The notes under the pieces: generated by a model
Databases searched by the model: none
The model's input: only the letters and a program-made list of their open reading frames with translations
Told to the model about the DNA's origin: nothing
Position numbers and translations under genes: made by a program
NCBI GenBank assembly: GCA_963765675.1
Contig: CAVXXK010000006.1
Location: 461,656-525,655 of the forward strand
Direction: 5' to 3'
Length of the DNA stretch: 64,000 nt
From: an uncultured delta proteobacterium
Lineage (GTDB): Bacteria > Desulfobacterota > Binatia > Binatales > Binataceae
Part shown: positions 20,018 to 29,621 of the stretch, in pieces
How positions within the stretch are numbered: position 1 is the stretch's first letter
Layout: each line of letters opens with the position of its first letter

Positions 20018-21094
20018 ATGGAAGTACGCGCGGCACTGGCAAGCGAGCGCGACGAGGTGCTCGATCTCCTGTCGCTCTGGTACAGCGATCGCGTTTTTTT
20101 CGAGCGCTATAACCGCAACGATCCGAAATTTCGCGACTCGTTATGCCTGGTCGCGCGCGAAGGCGGCGCGCTGGTCTCGACCGTTCAGATTTTCGACCGG
20201 AAGATCAACCTCGACGGCGCGGCAGTGCCGATGGGCGGAATCGGCAGCGTCTTCACCCGCGCGGACTATCGGCACAAACGTATCGCCTCGGCGCTGATGC
20301 GCCTGGCGATCCAGACGCTCGAGCGCGAGGGCTTCGAGGTTTCACTGCTCTTCGCCGAGAGGCTGACGTTCTATAATCAGTTCGGATGGCGCGAAATCGG
20401 GCGCAAGTTCGGGGTTCTGGCCGACACGGCGCGGCTCAGACCCCGGACCGACATAGAGATCGATGTTTTCGATCTCGAGCGCGATCTGCCCGAGGTCGCC
20501 GCAATTCATAAGGCATACACGGGCCAGTTCAACGTCACCGTAATCCGCGACCAGAGCGATTGGCGCGCCAACTATTCGTTCGCCGGCAACCAGCCGATGC
20601 ATCCGGGCGAAGGCTCGGAGGAATATTTCGTCCTGGCTCGCAGCGCGGGAACAATCAAGGCATACGCCCGCGCGATTCGGCTTTACGGCGTCACGATGGT
20701 GATGGAGTACGGCTACCTGCCCGGCGATGCCGGGTCGGAAAACGCGCTGTTCGCGTTGCTGCGTCATCTGGCGGAAACCGCACAGGGGCTGACGCCCTCG
20801 CAGCGCATGATTGGAGACCATCGCCGGGCCGCGCGCCTGCGCGGAGGATCGGGAGCGACCGCGCCGACCGGAGCGATCGTCACGCATACCGCGCATGACA
20901 AGACGCTCGAGGATCATCTCGCCGCGGCGGGCGCGCCGATCATGCATCACAATGACGACAACTACATGTGGCGGATAATCGCGCCTGACAAGCTCGGCAC
21001 GCGGCTGGGAATCTCGCCCGAAGCGGCAACCTCGCGCGCATTCGCGCTCTTCGCCGACGACCACTCGTTGTTCTGGACCGCGGATCGCTTCTGA
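20018..21094 (+). CDS. GNAT acetyltransferase (Eis-like)
   Basis: MGGIGSVFTRADYRHKRIASALM, SLLFA....FY.QFGW. Confidence 0.82.
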   Translation: MEVRAALASERDEVLDLLSLWYSDRVFFERYNRNDPKFRDSLCLVAREGGALVSTVQIFDRKINLDGAAVPMGGIGSVFTRADYRHKRIASALMRLAIQTLEREGFEVSLLFAERLTFYNQFGWREIGRKFGVLADTARLRPRTDIEIDVFDLERDLPEVAAIHKAYTGQFNVTVIRDQSDWRANYSFAGNQPMHPGEGSEEYFVLARSAGTIKAYARAIRLYGVTMVMEYGYLPGDAGSENALFALLRHLAETAQGLTPSQRMIGDHRRAARLRGGSGATAPTGAIVTHTAHDKTLEDHLAAAGAPIMHHNDDNYMWRIIAPDKLGTRLGISPEAATSRAFALFADDHSLFWTADRF

Positions 21095-21211
21095 ATCGAC
21101 GGCATCGCGCGCGCCACCGTTGTCATTCCCGTGCGGGAGACACGTGGAGTCTTGCTCATCGGCGTGCGAAAGCGGATCGTGTTCGCGGACGCTGCGCGCG
21201 GAGGTGGTGGA

Positions 21212-22444
21212 ATGAGGAACGCTGGGTGGCTGCGCCGTTTGGCGCTTGACGGCGCATTTTTTTACCGATTCGCAATTTCTCTTGGCGTGATTCTGGCCGC
21301 GGTAACTCTCGCGCCCAATCTTGCGCATGCCGCGCATCGCCGCAACGCTAAATACTCATCCGCGCCCGCCGCCGCCGCGACCCCGGAGCCGTATGCCGAG
21401 GCCTGCGTGATGGAGCCCACGACCGGCACCGTCATATTCGAGAAAAATGATCATCAGCCGTGGCCGACCGCGTCGCTGGCGAAGATGATGCTGATGCTGA
21501 TCGTCGCGGAAAAGCTTCACGACGGCAGCCTCAAGCCGACCGACCAGATCACCACTTCGACTAAGGCCGCGAAGATGGGTGGATCGCAGGTCTATCTGAA
21601 AGAAGGCGAGACGTTCTCGCTCGACGACATGATGAAGGCCGTGGTGGTGCACTCGGCCAACGACGCTTCGGTCGCGGTGGCGGAATACGTGGCCGGCTCG
21701 ACCGACGCGTTCGTGCAGATGATGAACGCGCAGGCGGTCAAGCTCGGAATGAAAGACAGCCACTACTATTCCGTGCACGGATTGCCGCCCGGCCGCGGCG
21801 AGCAGGCCGACGTCGCCAGCGCCTATGACCAGGCGCTGCTCGCGCGCGCGCTGCTGAAATATCCGGACGTGCTGCGCTGGTCGTCGATCGACACGGCGCC
21901 GTTTCGCGGCGGAACCTTCGTGCTGCGCAACACCAATCATCTCGTGCGCACCTTTCCGGGATGCGACGGGCTCAAGACCGGCTTCTACGACAAGGCCGGG
22001 TTCAATGTCGTCGCGACGGCGAAGCGCGGAAACCTGCGGCTGATCGCCGTGGTGCTCGGCACGCCGCACAAGCTCACCAATTTCAAGGAAGCCGCCGAAA
22101 TGATGGCGACCGGATTTGCGCAGTACGAGATGCATCCGGTGGCGAGCAAAGGCTCGGCCGCCCCTGGAGCGATCACGGTGACCGGAGGCTCGGTCGCCAG
22201 CATCAAGCCGATCTTCGCCGGCGACGCCGCCGTGTTCACCCGCCGCGACGAAGCCGCGAAGGCGGTCGAGCTCGACTACAACGTCCCGCCCGAAGTCGCG
22301 GCGCCCTTGAAGGCTGGTCAACAGATCGGCACCGCGCAGGTGATGCAGGACGGCAAAGCGATCGACACGATCGCGCTGGTGGCTCCGGTCGACGTGCCAA
22401 AAAAGAGCGGTGGTGTCGTGGGCAGGATTCTGGGCAAATTGTAG
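21212..22444 (+). CDS. dacA: D-alanyl-D-alanine carboxypeptidase (PBP5/S11)
   Basis: ASLAK (SxxK), SAN (SxN), KTG motifs plus PBP5 C-terminal domain; GGAGGT RBS before 21212. Confidence 0.92.
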   Translation: MRNAGWLRRLALDGAFFYRFAISLGVILAAVTLAPNLAHAAHRRNAKYSSAPAAAATPEPYAEACVMEPTTGTVIFEKNDHQPWPTASLAKMMLMLIVAEKLHDGSLKPTDQITTSTKAAKMGGSQVYLKEGETFSLDDMMKAVVVHSANDASVAVAEYVAGSTDAFVQMMNAQAVKLGMKDSHYYSVHGLPPGRGEQADVASAYDQALLARALLKYPDVLRWSSIDTAPFRGGTFVLRNTNHLVRTFPGCDGLKTGFYDKAGFNVVATAKRGNLRLIAVVLGTPHKLTNFKEAAEMMATGFAQYEMHPVASKGSAAPGAITVTGGSVASIKPIFAGDAAVFTRRDEAAKAVELDYNVPPEVAAPLKAGQQIGTAQVMQDGKAIDTIALVAPVDVPKKSGGVVGRILGKL

Positions 22445-22497
22445 AGTCCGGCGCCGCGCTCTTAATCCCGATCGGGCGGATGCCAGGCGAGCAATCG

Positions 22498-23424
22498 ATG
22501 TTGACCCGCCGCAATCTGATAATCGCCGCAGTAGCGATCCTGGTGCTGTGGTCGGGCGCGATTTTGGCGCTGCACTTCGGACAGATCCATCACGACCGTC
22601 TGCCCTACGACCTGAACGCGGAATACCCGCCCGGCAAGCCCTTCAAACCGGGTGAGGTTTACGCCTCGATGCTGGCAGCGATCGTCGACCACGAGTTACA
22701 CTCGGGCTTCGGATGGCGTCCCAACGATCTTTTCTTTTGGGGACCGCATCTGATGGCCGACAACAATTCGAATCGCCAGCTCGGAATCATCATGGCGGTG
22801 CGCGAGACCAGCCGCGTGTTCAAAGACAGCCTGACAAAAGTCTCTTCAAATCAGTTCGACAACAACCTGGTCATCGCCGACACCGATTTCCGCAACGACG
22901 CGACCCGTTGGGCCCTCCCCTCGCCCGAACGCAAGTATGAAGACGGCGTCAAACATCTGCGGATGTACGTAGCCGGCCTGCGTGCGACTCGCGAGACCTC
23001 GCGCGAGCTCAATCAACGCGCGGTCGAGCTGGTGCGTCTGTTCCAGATTTGGACCGACCTGCTGGGCGACGCGCACTCGATGCTTTATCGCACGACTCAG
23101 GACGACGGCAGTCCTGTCCACACCTGGGATTGCGACGATTATTTCTATCATGCGCAGGGCTACGCACATGTGATGTTCTACATGATGCAGGCGCTGCAGC
23201 GGGAATACGCCACGACGCTGGCGGACGATCCGGTCCTGAAGACGTTATTCGACGACACGATCAAGGCGCTCGGCCAGGCCGCGATGATGAAGCCGATCGT
23301 GATCCTGAACGGCTCGCCCGACGGCATCTTCGCCAATCATCGCCGCAACCTCGACGGCTACATCAGCGAGGCGCGGCAGAAGATGTATTCGATTCGCGAG
23401 GAGCTGGAACGCTCGCCGCTCTAG
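22498..23424 (+). CDS. DUF2333-like protein
   Basis: N-terminal TM, GWRPND, DN..N.QLG, W..PS.E..Y, DDYFY.AQG, ANHR. Confidence 0.7.
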   Translation: MLTRRNLIIAAVAILVLWSGAILALHFGQIHHDRLPYDLNAEYPPGKPFKPGEVYASMLAAIVDHELHSGFGWRPNDLFFWGPHLMADNNSNRQLGIIMAVRETSRVFKDSLTKVSSNQFDNNLVIADTDFRNDATRWALPSPERKYEDGVKHLRMYVAGLRATRETSRELNQRAVELVRLFQIWTDLLGDAHSMLYRTTQDDGSPVHTWDCDDYFYHAQGYAHVMFYMMQALQREYATTLADDPVLKTLFDDTIKALGQAAMMKPIVILNGSPDGIFANHRRNLDGYISEARQKMYSIREELERSPL

Positions 23425-23429
23425 CGCAA

Positions 23430-24248
23430 TCACATCGTTCCGATGAGTAGGCCCGTGTCCTTGGTCATCTTGATTGCGCCGTGCGCGGCGATCTCCGCTT
23501 CGAGATATTCGCGCAGCGCGCCCTTCTGCTCCGGCGTTCCCCTACCTGACATCGAGGACATCGACTCGAGGTATGCCATCACCGGCGCGGCACTAGTAAC
23601 GACTAGCGAATCGGGATAGCGCTCGATCGTGGCGTGCTTGAACGCCCTGCCGAAATACTCGTAGCCATTGTCGAGGCCAAAACGCCGCGGCGCACGTCCG
23701 GTGGTCGCACCGGGGATGAAGCGGCCAACCATCTCGTCGAACTCGCGCATGTTCTCGGTGCTCATCGTGGCGGCATAGACCGACGCCCCCGGACGGAGCA
23801 CGCGGCGGAACTCGCGCAGCGCACGTGCGATATCGGGCACATGATAGAGCATGAAGTTCGCGATCACGGCGTCAAAGGACCGATCCGGAAACGGCAGCTC
23901 CTGCGCGTCGGCGGAGATCGCGTCGAAGCGATGCGCAATCCCGCGCAGGTTCGCGAGTCCGTCGCGCAGAATCCCCTCGGAATAATCGGCCAGCGTGATT
24001 TGCCATCCGGGCGGAATGCGATCGCCATTGCTCTTCCACAGCTGCGCGGTGCCGGTCCCCAACTCGAGCACTCGCGCGCTCGCGGGAATCTGGTAGCGGT
24101 CGAACACCCAGCGGAAAATTCCGTACTTGTTGGTGCTGTAGAGACTGTGCAGGCGCATCCGCGCGCCGAGGTTCGACCCGTCCTTGTACTGCTCGCGCAG
24201 CGTGGAAGACCAATTGCGGCTTTCAGATGTGGGCACGATCCTGATCAT
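23430..24248 (-). CDS. Class I SAM-dependent methyltransferase
   Basis: VLELGTGT, DAQELPFPDRSFDAVIANFMLYHVPD, RVLRPG. Confidence 0.9.
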   Translation of the reverse strand: MIRIVPTSESRNWSSTLREQYKDGSNLGARMRLHSLYSTNKYGIFRWVFDRYQIPASARVLELGTGTAQLWKSNGDRIPPGWQITLADYSEGILRDGLANLRGIAHRFDAISADAQELPFPDRSFDAVIANFMLYHVPDIARALREFRRVLRPGASVYAATMSTENMREFDEMVGRFIPGATTGRAPRRFGLDNGYEYFGRAFKHATIERYPDSLVVTSAAPVMAYLESMSSMSGRGTPEQKGALREYLEAEIAAHGAIKMTKDTGLLIGTM

Positions 24249-24342
24249 CCGTGCGCGGCGCGTCCGGTCAATGCTTCGGAACGGGGCGGCTCGCTTGTCC
24301 GCACGGCAGCGCTCGTATATTGATGGTGGTCCACGACCCTTC

Positions 24343-24417
24343 GCCCCGGTAGTGAAAAGGACATCACGAAGGTCTCCGGAACCTTAAGTCCGGGTTCGAC
24401 TCCCGGCCGGGGCACCA
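24343..24417 (+). tRNA. tRNA-Arg(CCG)
   Basis: Acceptor stem GCCCCGG/CCGGGGC, D stem GTGA/TCAC, anticodon arm AAGGT-CTCCGGA-ACCTT, TTCGA T-loop, encoded CCA. Confidence 0.93.
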
Positions 24418-24555
24418 TCCTTCCCGTATGCACCTGGGATTTCGACGTTTTCTTGCACCGGACGAAACCGGTCAGAAAAACTTGTCGGAGATTTGTGGCA
24501 AAGTGTGGAACGATTCCGATATGACTATCGACTCTTCGGATTGCGGGCGCGCGCT

Positions 24556-25020
24556 TTATTGAGCCGCCCGCAGGCGTGACTTTCGATCCTGTATCCTAGT
24601 GGGTTTTCGGCCTCGCACGGAATGCAGCGTTGTACTCTTTAGAGTCAGTGTACCCGGTATGTGTTTCTTGCCCCATCGGCCAAGCGCGAGGACAACGTCA
24701 TTCAGGGCTATGCCGTCTTCCGTTAGCTGATAGGCGTAGCGCACGGGACGGTCCTGATACGCAGACTTGGCAATGAGGCGCACCTCTTCCAATCTTTTCA
24801 GGCGGTCGGCAAGAATGTTGGTTGGAATGCCTTCGGGCGAATTCTGCAGCTCTCCGTACGTCACATTGCCACGGAGCAAATCTCGAACCACAAGCAACGA
24901 CCACTTGTCGCCAACCAGGTCGAGCGTGCATGCGACAGCGCAAGGCGAGCGCGGAAAACCGCGCGCTTGGGTTTTCGGTGTTATCGTTTTGGACTTCCCT
25001 CTTGAGTAAGTGACTTGCAT
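24556..25020 (-). CDS. HxlR-family winged-helix regulator
   Basis: C.VA.TLDLVGDKWSLLVVRDL, GIPTNILADRLK.LE, Y.Y.LT.DG. Confidence 0.9.
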   Translation of the reverse strand: MQVTYSRGKSKTITPKTQARGFPRSPCAVACTLDLVGDKWSLLVVRDLLRGNVTYGELQNSPEGIPTNILADRLKRLEEVRLIAKSAYQDRPVRYAYQLTEDGIALNDVVLALGRWGKKHIPGTLTLKSTTLHSVRGRKPTRIQDRKSRLRAAQ

Positions 25021-25072
25021 AATGAAAGTTAGTCTGCTACCTCTCCATCTAACTTACAAAATGCAAGTGACT
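25009..25072. promoter_or_regulatory. Two palindromic operator sites, probably for the HxlR regulator
   Basis: AGTGACTTGCATAATGAAAGTTAG (25009-25032) and CTAACTTACAAAATGCAAGTGACT (25049-25072) are inverted copies (20/24 match), each with ACTT-N9-AAGT symmetry. Confidence 0.65.
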
Positions 25073-25305
25073 ATGAAAAGAAGCCGAAGTCATCCTGGAT
25101 ACCCCCGTCGTATCGCGCGTCGATCAGCCCAAAGTTCCAGCGGTTTCCGGTACAGTCCTCTTTTCGGCTTGGTTGGCGCTCACCCTTGTCCTTGGCGGGC
25201 GCGGTGTGTTCGTCGCGCCACGGGGGCGCCACCGCGCGCGACCTCTTCCCGCGAACGATCCGACGACGTCACAATCGCTTTGCGCGGCTCTGGTAGGAGA
25301 TAGCC

Positions 25306-25698
25306 ATGACTACCGACCTATGGATGCTGGTCTGGACAACGCTCCTCGCTTTGGGACTACCCTTCATATATCTGGCAGGCCTAACACAGGCTCCAGGAGG
25401 TGCCGCGTGGGGCCTTGGCAACCGCGCCGAGCCACTTGAGGGCATCCCTGAGTGGGCCGCGCGGGCGCAGCGGGCGCATCTCAACCTACTCCAAAACCTC
25501 GCGCCTTTTGCCATCCTGGTGCTCGTTGCACAAGTTTCCGGCAAGGCGAACGCGACAACGGCCCTCGGGGCTACGATTTTCTTCTGCGCCCGCGTGGCGC
25601 ATGCAGCGGTCTACATCGCGGGGATCAAGTACCTTCGGACGCTCGTCTTCGCCGTCGCAACGTTCGGCGCCGTGCTCATTCTGACCCAAATCTTCTGA
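25306..25698 (+). CDS. MAPEG family membrane protein
   Basis: WA.RAQRAHLNLLQNLAPFA, ARVAHA.VY..GI...RTL; AGGAG RBS. Confidence 0.88.
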   Translation: MTTDLWMLVWTTLLALGLPFIYLAGLTQAPGGAAWGLGNRAEPLEGIPEWAARAQRAHLNLLQNLAPFAILVLVAQVSGKANATTALGATIFFCARVAHAAVYIAGIKYLRTLVFAVATFGAVLILTQIF

Positions 25699-25932
25699 TG
25701 CCTCTTTCGAGGCACGCCGCTGATGTCGCCCCTGGCGTCCGACTTGCCGGACTTGCGCGCTATCAGAACCCCACGCGCTGCGCAGCCGGTCGCCCAACGG
25801 CGGCCACCAAAGCCGCATCGAGCGATGTCCAGATCCATCCAAAGCACATTCGACAAGCGTTACACCCGGCTCGACGACCACAATATCCCCAGTCGGCAAC
25901 GCGATTCGCGACGCACGGGACAGACGCAAGCC

Positions 25933-27531
25933 TCAGCGCGCGGTCCACTCGCTCTGATGGCCTAGTAGCGCGCGCGGCCAATTGATCGGAGGAGCCGCGA
26001 GCCCTCCCGGCACGCAGGTTCCCGGGCGCATCCAGAGGCACACCGGCCCGTTGCCCAGAACGATTTCAGGATTGTCCGCGTCACGGAAGCACTCCACGCG
26101 CTTGTAGCCATAGCGGCGCAGGTCCAGCCATCCGCGCACCAGCATCGCGTTGGCATCCTGCGGATGCGCGAGGAAGCTTTGCCCGGTAAGTTGGTAGATT
26201 GTCACCCCAGGCGGCAGATGGCTGTAGCCGGGAGTATCGAGCCACGAAACGCCAAGCAGTCCGACTCCGCAGATTTTCTTGTTCGCCGAGATCGCGCGGA
26301 ACGCCGCCAACTGTCCGCTGCCATGCGTCCATAGCGTGCCAAAGGCCGACGATACCGCGATCGAGTACGAGACGATGCACCACAATGCGACGCCCGCGGC
26401 CGCGTCGAGGTTTGCGCCGAATGGTAATTCGCGCCGCGCCCGCACCATCCGCGAGGTCTCGAGCACCGCGACGCCCAACAGCGTTGCGCTTAGCGGCATC
26501 GCAGGATAGAGGAATCTGAATTCCTGATGATTCAGGCTCGAGTGCGTCGCGAAGATCGCGATTGCAACGGCGAGCAAAAGCGGCAGCCGGCGTCCGCCGA
26601 CGATCAATGCGGCCACGACCAGCACCGTCGCCCATCCCCAGACGTTCCAGAGCTGAACGGCCAGCCAGTAGTGCGGCACCACGCCAAATCCCTCCGCTAT
26701 ATGCATCCCGAGGTTCATCCAGACGTTCATCCACATGCTCCGGAAGAGCCCATGCCAGGTCACCAGGTCGAGCAGGCCGGAAAACAAAACCGGCGCGAGC
26801 GCGCCCGCGATGAGGGGAATCCATCGTGCGCGCAATTCACGCCGGCAGATCCAGATGACCGCGATTGCGATCGGGGGAGTGAGCTGAATTCGAATCGCGA
26901 AGACCAGCCCGAACAGCACGCCCGCCCAAAGCATCCGCCGGCGCGAGGCGGCCGGCCCGTCGGGATAGCCGAGGTAGAGCGCCACGATAAGGATATCGCC
27001 CGCGATCACGTCGGTGAGAGTGTGCGTCGAGAAATATACCAACTCCGCCCAAATCGAATTGACGAACGCGACCACGATCCCGCCGCGAGTACCGTCAATC
27101 CTGAAACCCCACAAAAATCCGCACGCGACCGCGGTCAGCGACGCCATCGCCATGAAGATCGTGACGCATCCAGTCACAAAGCCCGGAGCGCCGCTGAAGA
27201 TACGCGCGAATTCCATCACGCCCGCAATCACGCCGGGAAATATCCACGATCTCGTTCCGACGGCAAATTCCCACGGCAGCAGCCCGGTGCCGAAGACAAC
27301 TCGATGCGCCTGTTCGGTCACCTGGAAAATCTCGTCCGGATGGTTGATGCTCGGATAGGCGAACCCGGCGCCGAGCCGCAGGACGAACGCCCCGAGCATC
27401 AGCGCGACCATCGCGGCCGTCGTTTCCGGGAGCCACCCCGAACGCAGCGCCGCAGCCGCTTGCGCGCGCGCCGCCGAAGCTTTCGATCGGATAGCGCCGG
27501 GATGTTTTTTTTTGCTTCGCCGTTTACTCAT
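25933..27531 (-). CDS. GT-C fold membrane glycosyltransferase (Alg9/PIG-B-like)
   Basis: HPDEIFQ..EQAHR...G.G..PWEF..G.RSW, H.E.RFLYP, many TM helices. Confidence 0.82.
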   Translation of the reverse strand: MSKRRSKKKHPGAIRSKASAARAQAAAALRSGWLPETTAAMVALMLGAFVLRLGAGFAYPSINHPDEIFQVTEQAHRVVFGTGLLPWEFAVGTRSWIFPGVIAGVMEFARIFSGAPGFVTGCVTIFMAMASLTAVACGFLWGFRIDGTRGGIVVAFVNSIWAELVYFSTHTLTDVIAGDILIVALYLGYPDGPAASRRRMLWAGVLFGLVFAIRIQLTPPIAIAVIWICRRELRARWIPLIAGALAPVLFSGLLDLVTWHGLFRSMWMNVWMNLGMHIAEGFGVVPHYWLAVQLWNVWGWATVLVVAALIVGGRRLPLLLAVAIAIFATHSSLNHQEFRFLYPAMPLSATLLGVAVLETSRMVRARRELPFGANLDAAAGVALWCIVSYSIAVSSAFGTLWTHGSGQLAAFRAISANKKICGVGLLGVSWLDTPGYSHLPPGVTIYQLTGQSFLAHPQDANAMLVRGWLDLRRYGYKRVECFRDADNPEIVLGNGPVCLWMRPGTCVPGGLAAPPINWPRALLGHQSEWTAR

Positions 27532-27631
27532 CGCCGCCGAATCCGCAAGGACTCAGCGAATCAATGTGGTACATCCGGCCACAATCTGAAAGATGCCGCC
27601 GAAAGAAACTTTCGATGCGTATCGGCTGCGC

Positions 27632-29311
27632 TCAGTTCTGGAACAGCGCGCGGACGATCGGCGTGACCATTTTCTCCGACGGCGCATCGCCGGCGATCTT
27701 ATTCACGATCGCCCGCATCTTCGCACCCGATCCCCCGACTTGCGCGAGAATTAGCGGCACGTGGCCGTCCTGCCATTCGGCGCTCCCGTGCATCGAGTAG
27801 TGCGGGACCTCGCAGAAGTAATAGCGCTCGGAGATCGGCAGCGACATGCTCGCTTTCGAGAGCAGCAGAATATCGCCGGCGCGGTCTCCGTGCGGCCCGG
27901 CGCTGAGCCATCGCATCCGCTGGTCCAGGTTGATCAGGTCAGGCCGCGGATGCGCCATCAGGTATTGATAGATTGGCACCAGCCGCCCCTCATCATAAAT
28001 TTGGTACTCTTTCGCCATTTGGCCGGGCGCGGCGGGCTCGCGCGCAAAGATCAGATCGATCGATCCCTTGAGTCCGGGTACGCCCGCACCGTTGCGGTTC
28101 GCCTCGTCAAATGCGCGCGCGATCGGCATCACGTCCTGTTGCAGGCGCGCTGGCCGCGACCAATCGCACTTCTGCCCAGGCGCTGCGCAGGTCGAACGAT
28201 CGGCGAGATAGATGTAAGCCATGAAGCCCTGGTAGGCGAGCACCGCCTGAAAGTCATCTTCGTCGGTAGTAACTTTTACCGTCGGTTTGCGTACGCGAAA
28301 GCCCTGCTGACGCACCAGCTCGAACGGCGTGTCTTTTCCGGTCGCGGCGAGCGCGTGCACGTGATCGTTCATCACCGGGATATGCCCATGGTCCGCGATG
28401 AACATCACGTAGGTTCCGTCGAGGGCATTGTCCTTGCGATACAGATCGAGGACTTCGCCGACGCCTTTGTCCGTGATCTTTTCGAGGTAGTCGACCTCGG
28501 AGTTCAGAGGGTCTTTCGCCTCGTGCGTGTAGATATCGATTCCGGGGAAATAAACCACTTGCAGATTCGGAATGCCGTGCTCATTTATCGCGTCGAGCAG
28601 CTTCGGCACAGAATCGAGATCGATATCCGCGCTGAGCGACTTCTCCGCGGACTCGCCCTGCGCTTTGCCCGCGAGCAATCCGGCGATCATCCCGACCAGC
28701 GAACTCGGCGCGACCGTCGTATAAAGCGTCGCGCCCTTGTACACCGACAGCAGCGAGACATTCGAGCGTCCGGGAATCTGGGCATAGAGCGTGGGCGTCG
28801 CGAGCGCGCGTCCAACCAGGTCGTCATCTACGACCTTGGTCAGATCGGTCGTGTCCTCTACCGAGACCGGCACCGGCGCATAGAAGCCCATCGTGCGGCG
28901 CTCGAACCATTCGTCGCCGGTCACGCCATCCCACGCCGGCGGCTGGCCGGTGAAGATCGAAGACCAATTTGCGATCGTGCTCGAGGGCAGAAGGCTCAGC
29001 GCCTTGGGCGCGCTGTAGGCGTGCTCGTAAAGACCGTCGCCCTCATCTTTGCCCAGCACCGACGCCATGTTCGGCGCCTTGCCCGATTCGATGGCGGCCT
29101 TGAGCTGATTGTAGCCCGCGCCGTCGAGCGCAAAGATAATCACGCGCGGCGTCGCGAGGGCTTCTGGCTCGTGATGCTTCAGCTGCTGCTCACCGCCAGT
29201 GCTAAGCGTCTTGGCGACGAGACCACACGCGGCGATCGTGGTTACCATGGTCGCCAGCAACCCGGCAAAGAGGTATTCGCGCCGGAGAAGGTTCGTGGAA
29301 GTCAGGTGCAT
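27632..29311 (-). CDS. Alkaline phosphatase superfamily (phosphodiesterase/NPP-like) protein
   Basis: IIFALDG, PSST..NW.SIFTG, GID.YTH, ADHGH, SMHGS. Confidence 0.85.
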   Translation of the reverse strand: MHLTSTNLLRREYLFAGLLATMVTTIAACGLVAKTLSTGGEQQLKHHEPEALATPRVIIFALDGAGYNQLKAAIESGKAPNMASVLGKDEGDGLYEHAYSAPKALSLLPSSTIANWSSIFTGQPPAWDGVTGDEWFERRTMGFYAPVPVSVEDTTDLTKVVDDDLVGRALATPTLYAQIPGRSNVSLLSVYKGATLYTTVAPSSLVGMIAGLLAGKAQGESAEKSLSADIDLDSVPKLLDAINEHGIPNLQVVYFPGIDIYTHEAKDPLNSEVDYLEKITDKGVGEVLDLYRKDNALDGTYVMFIADHGHIPVMNDHVHALAATGKDTPFELVRQQGFRVRKPTVKVTTDEDDFQAVLAYQGFMAYIYLADRSTCAAPGQKCDWSRPARLQQDVMPIARAFDEANRNGAGVPGLKGSIDLIFAREPAAPGQMAKEYQIYDEGRLVPIYQYLMAHPRPDLINLDQRMRWLSAGPHGDRAGDILLLSKASMSLPISERYYFCEVPHYSMHGSAEWQDGHVPLILAQVGGSGAKMRAIVNKIAGDAPSEKMVTPIVRALFQN

Positions 29312-29401
29312 GTGGAAGAGAATCCTCTGAGTCGTTGGGCATCAGGCTAGCCGGAGGACAAGGACGCTCACAAGAGAATTTCATCAATCGCGACAACTCA
29401 A

Positions 29402-29560
29402 TTCGAAGAGCTGATTGCGCCGGCGGATGCCGCGCCCTTCCGAGGGATGGGACTTCAGCCATGTGCGCGGACGCTTAGTGCAGGCTCCGCTTCCGTTTAA
29501 CTACCTCGACGTGCTGCGGCGCTTGAGCATCGTGACCTCGATGCTGGATCTCGGCACCGT
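29402..29560 (+). pseudogene. 5' fragment of a SAM-dependent methyltransferase
   Basis: FEELIAPADAAPF, frameshift, then EGWDFSHVRGR...P.NY...SMLDLGT; similarity stops inside the SAM-binding motif. Confidence 0.55.
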
Positions 29561-29621
29561 ACGTGGGTTCGTTTATCGGCGCGGTTTTGGGGTAGGCGCG
29601 ACGCGATGTTAGAATCGCATC

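Noticed and set aside
21961-22497. N-terminal extension of the 487-aa ORF
   Set aside because: Overlaps dacA in another frame and is Arg-rich shadow sequence; the real start is near 22498
24245-24433. ORFs overlapping tRNAs (also 41266-41517 and 56292-56777)
   Set aside because: Translations of tRNA sequence
27761-29350. Long antisense ORFs (also 37220-38884, 56778-58997, 33621-35135)
   Set aside because: They overlap well-supported genes, carry no motifs and are expected from GC-rich codon bias
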